Source: Cypionkella sp. (GTDB taxonomy: Bacteria > Pseudomonadota > Alphaproteobacteria > Sphingomonadales > Sphingomonadaceae). Taken from it: a DNA stretch of 32,678 bases. The notes beneath the pieces were generated by a model. The model was given only the letters and a program-made list of their open reading frames with translations. It was not told where the DNA came from and did no database searches. Positions 1 through 7,189 of this stretch are shown here, piece after piece (the stretch's first letter is position 1; every line of letters begins with the position of its first letter). The stretch is from NCBI GenBank assembly GCA_041730635.1, contig JBGSBH010000001.1:1-32678 (forward strand). The letters run 5' to 3'. The position numbers and the translations under genes are program-made.

Positions 1-113
1 TTCAAAATTTTCACTACTAACTTCAGCTGCGTTTGCTAAAGTTTTTTCAGAAGTTGGACCATAAGTACGATCTACTATTCCTTCAGAAACCGCAAAAGAG
101 TTGGCAATGAAAA

Positions 114-449
114 GAGGCTCTCGCCCTTGATCGCGAACACCGGGATGCTGCGCGCGGCGATCGCGGCGGCGGCGTGGTCCTGCGTCGAGAAGATGTTGCA
201 GGTCGCCCAGCGGACTTCCGCGCCGAGCGCGACCAGCGTCTCGATCAGCACCGCGGTCTGGATCGTCATGTGCAGCGAGCCGGTGATCCGCGCGCCCTTC
301 AGCGGCTGCGACGCGCCGTATTCCTCGCGCAGCGCCATCAGCCCCGGCATCTCGGTCTCGGCGATGGCGATCTCGGCCCGGCCGAAGTCGGCGAGGGCGA
401 TGTCGGCGACGACGTAATCGCGGGTCAGGGTGTCGGCGGAAGTGGCCAC
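114..449 (-). CDS. ahcY: Adenosylhomocysteinase, N-terminal ~112 aa only (interrupted by foreign AT-rich sequence at ~113)
   Basis: [34 protein letters not shown]...[23 protein letters not shown]...[16 protein letters not shown] is the AhcY N-terminus. Similarity stops after AIKGESL, where base composition changes abruptly. Confidence 0.95.
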
Positions 450-511
450 GGCAGCAAGTCTCCAGATCGGGGAATGCGCGCGCCCCTAGCGCCGGCCATC
501 GCCGTTGGCAA

Positions 512-531
512 ATATAAAGCTTCCTTTATAT
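512..531. promoter_or_regulatory. SahR-type operator upstream of ahcY
   Basis: Perfect AT-rich palindrome ATATAAAG-cttc-CTTTATAT about 60 nt upstream of the ahcY start in GC-rich DNA. It matches my recollection of the proteobacterial SahR (ArsR-family, SAM cycle) site. Confidence 0.75.
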
Positions 532-592
532 GTCGCGGCGCGGGAGGCGGGGCGACGCATCCGCCCCGCCCCGCCTGCGCGACCTGCCTGCT

Positions 593-1060
593 TCAGCGCC
601 GCAGCGCGAGCTGGGCGCCGCGCGGAGCCGCGGCCAGCGCCTCGTCGGCCGCGGCCACCAGCCGGCCGGTATCGCGGGTCGCGGCAAGGTCCTGCGCCAT
701 CGCCTTGAGGTCGCCGCAGCCGAGCCACGGATGGCCCTGGCCGTACTGGTTGGCCATGCCGACGCTGATGCTGTCGAGCGCCTTTTTGCTCCGGGCCAGC
801 CCGAGGCGGGCGGTGTAATCGGCCTGCAGCGAACGAAACGCGTCCTGCATCAGCGGGTTCTGGGCGGCGGCGAAATGCTCGTAGTCGGCCTGAAAGTCGT
901 CCGCGCCGAAGCGGCAGCGCAGCGACGTCACCATCAGCATGATGTCGAGCTGCCGCAGCTTGCTCGCGTCATCCGGCGAAAGCGCCGCGGCCGGCTGCGG
1001 CATGACGACGAGCGCCGCCGCGGCGGCCAGCGCGGCCGCCATCGTGTTCGGTTTCCTCAT
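593..1060 (-). CDS. Hypothetical exported protein (signal peptide, two Cys)
   Basis: MRKPNTMAAALAAAAALVVMPQPAAA signal-like N-terminus, then KLRQLDIMLMVTSLRCR and GHPWLGC. Host-like codon usage; ATG at 1060 preferred over 1090. Confidence 0.7.
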   Translation of the reverse strand: MRKPNTMAAALAAAAALVVMPQPAAALSPDDASKLRQLDIMLMVTSLRCRFGADDFQADYEHFAAAQNPLMQDAFRSLQADYTARLGLARSKKALDSISVGMANQYGQGHPWLGCGDLKAMAQDLAATRDTGRLVAAADEALAAAPRGAQLALRR

Positions 1061-1248
1061 GATCCCCCCTGGGCTCCCTGCGGCGGGCACCCCCTGCCCA
1101 CCTCCAGCGAGACTGCGCCGCTCCGTTTACCCGCAGTTAAACGAGCACGGTGAAGCCGGATTCACCACGATCGGCGCCCTTGCGCGGCGCCCGCGCGGCG
1201 CTATCTCCGCGAGCGGATATTGGCCCCTGCAGCGAAAGGAATTGCGGC

Positions 1249-1728
1249 ATGACGATCAAGGTGGGCGACCGGCTGCCCGACGTGAAACTGGTCAAGGCGA
1301 CCGAGAACGGCCCCGAAGCGGTGCAGAGCGGCGAATACTTCAAGGGCAAGAAAGTCGCGCTGTTCTCGGTGCCCGGCGCGTTCACCCCGACCTGCTCGGC
1401 GCGCCACCTGCCGGGCTTCGTCGACAAGGCTGCCGAGCTGAAGGCGAAGGGGGTCGACGAGATCGTCGCCACCGCGGTCAACGATCCGTTCGTGCTCGGC
1501 GCCTGGAACAAGGCCTCGGGCAGCGGCGACATCACCATGCTGGCCGACGGCAACGGCGAGTTCGCGGAGGCGCTCGGGCTGACGATGGACGGCAGCGCCT
1601 TCGGCCTCGGCAAGCGCGGCCAGCGCTTCTCGATGGTGGTCGAGGACGGGGTGGTGAAGGAACTCAATGTCGAGGCGCCGGGCGATTTCTCGGTCTCGAG
1701 CGCGGAGCACATGCTCGGCCAGCTCTAG
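1249..1728 (+). CDS. Peroxiredoxin (Prx5/type II, Redoxin family)
   Basis: MTIKVGDRLPD...FSVPGAFTPTCSARHLPGF...VNDPFV...ADGNGEF...RFSMVVEDG. AAAGGA RBS precedes ATG 1249. Confidence 0.95.
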   Translation: MTIKVGDRLPDVKLVKATENGPEAVQSGEYFKGKKVALFSVPGAFTPTCSARHLPGFVDKAAELKAKGVDEIVATAVNDPFVLGAWNKASGSGDITMLADGNGEFAEALGLTMDGSAFGLGKRGQRFSMVVEDGVVKELNVEAPGDFSVSSAEHMLGQL

Positions 1729-1772
1729 GCCGGTGGGCCGTGCAGCCGGGCCGCCGCCGAGCGACCCGGCTG

Positions 1773-2213
1773 CTAGCGCGCGATCAGCGCGCGCACCGTC
1801 TCGACCAGCTCGGCCATGCGGAAGGGCTTGGCGAGCACCGCGGTGCCGGGGCCCGTGCCGCCGGCGAGCGCGGTCTGGTCGGCGTAGCCGGTGACGAACA
1901 GCACCGGCAGGCCGGGCCGGGCCTGGCGCGCGCTATCGGCCACCTGGCGCCCGTTGAGGCCACCGGGCAGGCCCATGTCGGTGAGAAGCAGGGCGATGTC
2001 GCTCCGCTCCGCGAGCAGCCGCAGCGCTTCGGCGCCGCTCGCCGCCTCGAGACAGCGATAGCCGTGGTCGGCCAGTTCTTCGCAGACGGTCATCCGGATC
2101 AGGACCTCGTCGTCGACCACCAGGATCGTCGTCCCGGCTTCGTCGGCCGCGAGCGCAGCAGCATCCGCCGTACGGCGGTGCTCGGCTGCTTCGCGTTCGC
2201 TCGGGCCTTGCAT
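1773..2213 (-). CDS. Single-domain response regulator (CheY-like receiver)
   Basis: ILVVDDE, LLLTDMGLPGGLNG, LFVTGY and LAKPF receiver motifs; no output domain. Confidence 0.9.
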   Translation of the reverse strand: MQGPSEREAAEHRRTADAAALAADEAGTTILVVDDEVLIRMTVCEELADHGYRCLEAASGAEALRLLAERSDIALLLTDMGLPGGLNGRQVADSARQARPGLPVLFVTGYADQTALAGGTGPGTAVLAKPFRMAELVETVRALIAR

Positions 2214-2250
2214 TGCGGCGCGCCCCTATCAGGTCGCGGGCGCCGGGGAA

Positions 2251-3252
2251 GTGGTTTTCGCAACGCGCTCACCCGATCGCAACGAATGGCCGTTATCGCG
2301 CCCGTCCGTGAACCGCGCGATCGCCGACCTCCCCGCACTTGCGCGACGGGCCCGCCTGCCGGCGCTCTCACCGCCGGCGCGGCTGATCGCCGGCACGCTC
2401 GCCGGGGCGGCGGTGGCCGCGGCGGCGATCGTGCGCGCCGCAGGGATGACGATCGAACCCGCCGGGTTCGCCCGCTTCGCACTGCTCGCCGCGGCGATGC
2501 TCGCGCTGTCGCGCTGGTGCGCGCGGCGCTATCCCGACCCCCGGCTGGCGCACGCCGCGGCGATCGTCGGCAGCGGTACGCTGGCGCTGCTGTTGTGCGG
2601 GCTGATCTCGAACACCGGCCTGCGCCTCGGCGCGCCGCTGATCGACCCCGCGCTGGTGCGGCTCGACGCCGCCTTCGGCCTCGACGTCGAAGCGGCGGTG
2701 CGCGCGTTCGCCGCCTATCCGCGGGCGATCGCGCTGCTCGCGGCGATGTACAACCTCTCGGGCCCCGTGGTGGTGCTGACGATCCTGCTCGCCGTGGCCG
2801 CCGGCCGTCCCGGCAAGGCGTGGGAGCTCACCGCCACCGCGATCATCTCGATGCAGGTGGTGGCGATCTTCGCGGCGGCGTTCCCGGCGATCGGCGCGAT
2901 GGCGCATCTTGGGATGGAGGATCTGCAGGGAAGCGGGGTTCCCGTGGGGGCAGGCGTCTACCACCTGGCGGCGTTCGAGCACTTCCGCGACGGGGCGAGC
3001 GGCGTGGTGCGGCTCGCCGACCTCGACGGGGTGGTGACCTTCCCGTCGTTCCACACCGTGCTGGCGCTGCTCGCTGCGCAGGCGCTGCACGACACCCGGT
3101 GGCGCTGGCTGGGGATCGGCTGGAGCGCCGGGGTGATCGTCTCGACGGCGCCGATCGGCGGGCACTACGTCACCGATCTCGCGGCCGGCTGCATCGTCTG
3201 GCTGGGCGCCGCTGCGCTCGCGCGCCGGGCGGTCAGTAGCCCATCAGCCTGA
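2251..3252 (+). CDS. PAP2-superfamily membrane phosphatase/phosphotransferase (start uncertain)
   Basis: Several hydrophobic helices, TFPSFHT and GGHYVTD motifs. The 3' end overlaps convergent folE by 20 nt. Confidence 0.8.
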   Translation: MVFATRSPDRNEWPLSRPSVNRAIADLPALARRARLPALSPPARLIAGTLAGAAVAAAAIVRAAGMTIEPAGFARFALLAAAMLALSRWCARRYPDPRLAHAAAIVGSGTLALLLCGLISNTGLRLGAPLIDPALVRLDAAFGLDVEAAVRAFAAYPRAIALLAAMYNLSGPVVVLTILLAVAAGRPGKAWELTATAIISMQVVAIFAAAFPAIGAMAHLGMEDLQGSGVPVGAGVYHLAAFEHFRDGASGVVRLADLDGVVTFPSFHTVLALLAAQALHDTRWRWLGIGWSAGVIVSTAPIGGHYVTDLAAGCIVWLGAAALARRAVSSPSA

Positions 3253-3841
3253 GCACCTCGCTCCGGCTGCGCTCGTCCTCGAGAAAGCAGCCCAGCAGCT
3301 TGCTGGTGACCATCCCGACCCCGGGGGTGCGCACCCCGCGCGCGGTCATGCAACTGTGCGCCGCTTCGATCACCACCGCCACCCCGTGCGGCTGGAGATG
3401 CTCCTGGATGCACTTCGCCACCTCGGCGGTCAGCCGTTCCTGCACCTGCAGCCGCCGCGCGAACGCGTGCAGCACCCGCGCGAGCTTGGAGATGCCGACC
3501 ACCCGGTTGGTGGGCATGTAGGCGATCGCCGCCTTGCCGATGATCGGCGCCATGTGGTGCTCGCAGTGGCTCTGGAAGGGGATGTCCTTGAGCAGCACCA
3601 GCTCGTCGTAACCGCCGACTTCCTCGAACACCCGGCTGAGGTGGAGCGCCGGATCTTCCGCGTAACCGAGGCAGTATTCCTTCCACGCGCGGGCGACCCG
3701 CCTGGGGGTGTCGCGCAGGCCCTCGCGCTCGGGATCGTCGCCGGCCCATCGGATCAGCGTGCGGATGGCCTGCTGCACCTCGGCCGGGACCGGCAGCTTG
3801 CCGTCCTCGAGATCTTCATCGGGCCCCACCAGGCTGCTCAT
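3233..3841 (-). CDS. folE: GTP cyclohydrolase I
   Basis: REGLRDTPRRVARAW, SHCEHHMAPI, GISKLAR, RLQVQERLT and HSCMTARGV motifs. The real start is ATG 3841, overlapping the PLD stop (ATGA); the 793-aa ORF in the track is over-extended. Confidence 0.97.
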   Translation of the reverse strand: MSSLVGPDEDLEDGKLPVPAEVQQAIRTLIRWAGDDPEREGLRDTPRRVARAWKEYCLGYAEDPALHLSRVFEEVGGYDELVLLKDIPFQSHCEHHMAPIIGKAAIAYMPTNRVVGISKLARVLHAFARRLQVQERLTAEVAKCIQEHLQPHGVAVVIEAAHSCMTARGVRTPGVGMVTSKLLGCFLEDERSRSEVLRLMGY

Positions 3842-5376
3842 CGGCCGAACCTCTTCTTCGCCCGCGCCCACGCGCGGCTCACCCGGCTGCCCTGCTTCAT
3901 CAGTCCCCCCTTGGCAAACGGTTCGAACATCTCGCTGGGCCGCTCGGGGTCGAGCAGCTGCGAGCCGGCCAGCGTCTCCTCGACCGGGCCGACCGGCGGC
4001 GGCACGAACCGGCGGAGCTGGCGGGCATGGCGGCCGCCATGGCTTTCGATCAGCCGCAGCATCGATCCGTCCGCCTCGAGCAGGCGGGCGACCTCGTCCT
4101 CCGCCAGCCCGCAATGCTCGGCGAGCAGCGAGCGGCGCAGCCGCGCGATCGCCTCGCAGGCGTGCGCATTGCCGGGCCGCGCACAGTCGATGAACAGGTC
4201 GCATTCGGAATCGAGGCCCATCGAACGGTTGTTCCAGTTGGCCGAGCCGATCCGCAGCACGCGGTCGTCGAAGATCGTCAGCTTTGCGTGGACATAGATC
4301 TTGGTCTCGCCGGTATACGGCACGAACAGCCCGAAGCGCCGCTGGCGATCGACTTGCTCGATCGAGTGCAGCAGCACGTTGCGCGCGTGATCCATCGCCT
4401 GCTGCTCGAGCCAGCCGTCGGCCGCGTCGGGCTGGATCAGCACGATCTCCGGCGGGTCGGCCTCCTGCAACCGGGCGCTCAGCGCCTCCGCGATCCGCGG
4501 CGAGGTGAGATACTGGTTTTCCGAATAGATGAACTTGCGCGCGGCGCGGATCTGCTCGAGCAGCAGGTGCTCGATCTCGCGCACCTCGCAGTTGCCGTCG
4601 TACTGCGCGCAGGTGCGGGCGATGCCGACCTCGACGTTTTCGAACTGCACCGGCAGCTCTTCGGGCCACAGGCTCTCGTCGGGCAGCTCGGCGTTGCCGA
4701 GCTCCGACCCGCCGGCGCGCCGCCACCGCTCGCGGCTCAGCAGGCCGAGCGGGCGCGCGGCATCGCCTTCGAGCATCATCGGCGCGGCGTGCCATGGCCG
4801 ATAGCGGCGCCCGTGCGGGCGGCGCCGCCGGCGGTCGCGCTCGAGATGTTCGCGGGTGTCCCACCGGTCCATCGTCATGTCGATCCCGCCGCACACCGCC
4901 AGCTTGTCGTCGATCACGACGATCTTCTGGTGATGCGAGCAGCCGACCGGGTGCCGGTTGTCGAAGTTGAAGGTAATCGCCTTGTGCCCGGCCATCCGCA
5001 GCACGTCGACGATCATGTAGCCGCGGGTGACGAACTGGAACACGCCCAGCCCCCACTTGAGGATGCGGATCTCGAGGCCCGGGCGATGCCGCGCGAGCCA
5101 CATCAGGAAGCTGCCGAGCCGGCGCGGATAGCGGCGGCGGAACGGGCGGCTGAACCAGCGGCGGCCGAGCGCGAGATGAATGCGGGTGTCGAAATCCCAC
5201 CCGATCATCATGATCCGGTTCTTCGCCTGCAGCATCGCCTTCTGCATCAGCGCGAAGTAATCTTCCGCATCGACGATCACGCTCGCCCGGTCGACCCGGG
5301 CGAAGCGCCACACCCCGGGCTCGGCCGAGGCATCGTCGAACTGGTCGAGATCGATCGTATCGCCGCTTTCGGCCAA
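3838..5376 (-). CDS. Phospholipase D-like (cardiolipin synthase-like) protein
   Basis: Two HKD motifs (HHQKIVVIDD, VHAKLTIFDD...GSANWNNRS), plus IGWDFD and YSENQY. TTG start. Confidence 0.92.
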   Translation of the reverse strand: MAESGDTIDLDQFDDASAEPGVWRFARVDRASVIVDAEDYFALMQKAMLQAKNRIMMIGWDFDTRIHLALGRRWFSRPFRRRYPRRLGSFLMWLARHRPGLEIRILKWGLGVFQFVTRGYMIVDVLRMAGHKAITFNFDNRHPVGCSHHQKIVVIDDKLAVCGGIDMTMDRWDTREHLERDRRRRRPHGRRYRPWHAAPMMLEGDAARPLGLLSRERWRRAGGSELGNAELPDESLWPEELPVQFENVEVGIARTCAQYDGNCEVREIEHLLLEQIRAARKFIYSENQYLTSPRIAEALSARLQEADPPEIVLIQPDAADGWLEQQAMDHARNVLLHSIEQVDRQRRFGLFVPYTGETKIYVHAKLTIFDDRVLRIGSANWNNRSMGLDSECDLFIDCARPGNAHACEAIARLRRSLLAEHCGLAEDEVARLLEADGSMLRLIESHGGRHARQLRRFVPPPVGPVEETLAGSQLLDPERPSEMFEPFAKGGLMKQGSRVSRAWARAKKRFGR

Positions 5377-5469
5377 ATTCCCCCCGTCCGCCTAATGTTG
5401 CGCGGCCCGCGCGCCCCGGTGCCCCACCCGGCCCGCCGGCGCAAGCGCGCTGATTTCCGGAGCCGGGCC

Positions 5470-5640
5470 ACAAACAGTTCAGGCCGCCCCCCTGGCGGGA
5501 GACGGCCTGAACTATTGGCGCCCCGCGCCGGACAAAACCGATACCTACTGCTTTGCCACAACTCTTCTCTAGCACGGCACCCAACCGTCCCCAGACCCGC
5601 GTTACCCGCCGCAAGTGACCGTCTTCACTATGCTCCCAGC
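5470..5640 (-). ncRNA. Candidate sRNA or leader RNA at the host/island boundary (contains 8-codon uORF MKTVTCGG, 5602-5628)
   Basis: Non-coding ~170-nt stretch ending in a strong minus-strand hairpin; GGGAG-cata-GTG uORF. It is not a tRNA, tmRNA, 6S, SRP or RNase P RNA that I can recognise. Confidence 0.3.
5473..5516 (-). terminator. Long stem-loop (terminator-like) upstream of the PLD gene
   Basis: AGTTCAGGCCG (5476-5486) pairs perfectly with CGGCCTGAACT (5503-5513). The inner stem tctccc-gcca-gggggg closes with G-U pairs only on the minus strand; followed by GTTT. Confidence 0.6.
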
Positions 5641-5714
5641 TGTATAGTCGAACGAGATTCGCGTGAATCCCTCAATGGCCAACGCCGATGCCAGTGGTTA
5701 GCCTCAGACTCGGA

Positions 5715-7166
5715 TCACCGTAGCCTGACGAGATCGGAGTACTGGTTCACAAGATCGGGATGTTTGCGCAAACGTCGGTCGAGTTCAGGGCGTCCCCACC
5801 AGTCCATCCAGTAGCGTCCGCTCCGGCGCAGTCGGTCGAGGTGGTCGGTGAGCTGTACAGTTAAGTTCGGATAGCCAACTACCAGCATCCCGCCCGCTGC
5901 ATGATGCTCAATCGTGTCGCGAATGCCTGTCAGGTCTGACCGCGCGACCCCTCTACCCCTGAGCTTCACCTGAACGATCACACGCTGTCGCTGGTTCGGC
6001 GGCATCACTCCGTCCGCGACGCCCGCGGTCATGAGCCCCACTGGCGGCACGGACCAGTCAGCCAGGAAGTCGCGACCGTCATCCGGTTCGCGGGTCGCCC
6101 CGACCTGCCTTACCCAGTGCACGCCCGGCTCACGCGCCAGAAGCTCTCCCACAAGCTCCTCGAAGCGCTCTGGATCGAGCTGATCGGACCACTCCACACG
6201 GGCGTCGGCCATGAAAACGGCGGCCTCGCTTTCCCGCTGCTCCTCGGCCGTGACCCGAGCCGCTTCAAAGGCGCGTGCGCCGCTCTCAGAGGCCAAAGCG
6301 ACGAGAGTCGTGCGACCCAGAAGCGCGAAATGGCTCTCCATCGGGATCACCAGCGCGTCAGTTGCGCCATCCTCGACCAGCTGCAGGAGCGACCTGGCCT
6401 TCTGCAGGCCAGAACGTTGGACGGCGTTGACCAAGTGATCGGTGCGATATGCGATCGCGCTATCGAGATGCGCGACCTTCGGCTTGAAGCCCGCAACAGC
6501 CTCTCGCAGCCGCTCGGCGGGAGCAGCTCCCAGATTAACGATGCTGACCCCGCGCTTCAGCGATGTGAAGGCTCGCCAGCCGAACGCGTAACGGTGGTTA
6601 AACTCCCAGTTCCCTATATCCGGTAACCTCAGCCGCCTGCGCACGGCCGCAACCCAACTAGGGGGGTCGCGGTACGTCGCGCCGCCATCGCGAGGATCGT
6701 CGGGGCCCGCGGCGGCGACGCCGAACACGTCCTTCACGAGCTTGTCTGCGGCGTATGCCTCAGCGCTTAGCGCCTCTAGGTAGGCCCGCTGGCGCAACGT
6801 CGCCAATGCTCCTTCTTGCCGAGGTACCAGCACACGCGCGTAGATCTCACTGTCGATGTCGATTGCCGGATTGAGCTCCGCAAGCAAGTGGACGGAAGCG
6901 GCATCGCGGACCCGCAGGCTCACGCCCCAGAGTAGGCTGAGTACGTCGTGCAGGTCGGTTCGCTCGCTGTCCCACTCCCAGGATGTCGTGCGCACGGAGA
7001 AGTAGCCAGCCAGGTCGCTCGCGTCCGGCTCCTCGAAAGTCGCATTGACCTTGAACGGGTGCGGATAGGAAATCCGTCCCCAGCAGTTGGGATCGCCGCA
7101 AGGGCAGATGGAGTGTTCGCCCGAAGCTGACTCGGGTTTGTCGTCCGGCTGAGCAGTCGATTCCAT
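5715..7166 (-). CDS. Mrr-like (PD-(D/E)xK) restriction endonuclease with an uncharacterised N-terminal region
   Basis: C-terminal LDPERFEELVGELL...PDDGRDFL...IVQVK...WWGRPELDRRL is the Mrr-catalytic pattern (D...QxK). ATG 7166 has GAGAGG upstream; alternative TTG at 7184. Confidence 0.8.
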   Translation of the reverse strand: MESTAQPDDKPESASGEHSICPCGDPNCWGRISYPHPFKVNATFEEPDASDLAGYFSVRTTSWEWDSERTDLHDVLSLLWGVSLRVRDAASVHLLAELNPAIDIDSEIYARVLVPRQEGALATLRQRAYLEALSAEAYAADKLVKDVFGVAAAGPDDPRDGGATYRDPPSWVAAVRRRLRLPDIGNWEFNHRYAFGWRAFTSLKRGVSIVNLGAAPAERLREAVAGFKPKVAHLDSAIAYRTDHLVNAVQRSGLQKARSLLQLVEDGATDALVIPMESHFALLGRTTLVALASESGARAFEAARVTAEEQRESEAAVFMADARVEWSDQLDPERFEELVGELLAREPGVHWVRQVGATREPDDGRDFLADWSVPPVGLMTAGVADGVMPPNQRQRVIVQVKLRGRGVARSDLTGIRDTIEHHAAGGMLVVGYPNLTVQLTDHLDRLRRSGRYWMDWWGRPELDRRLRKHPDLVNQYSDLVRLR

Positions 7167-7189
7167 CCTTCGAGCCTCTCCCAACTGGC

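Noticed and set aside
450-592. SAH or SAM riboswitch upstream of ahcY
   Set aside because: No recognisable riboswitch core; the DNA palindrome (SahR-like) explains the region.
939-3239. 766-aa plus-strand ORF and similar long R/A/P/G-rich ORFs (e.g. 4027-5814, 22514-24916)
   Set aside because: Shadow ORFs of high-GC DNA that overlap well-supported genes and have no motifs.
3842-5614. Apparent 590-aa N-terminal extension of FolE
   Set aside because: It is an off-frame reading of the PLD gene; folE starts at ATG 3841, coupled to the PLD stop.
5400-5715. tRNA or tmRNA as the integration site
   Set aside because: No cloverleaf, T-loop or CCA end, and no tmRNA tag reading frame.
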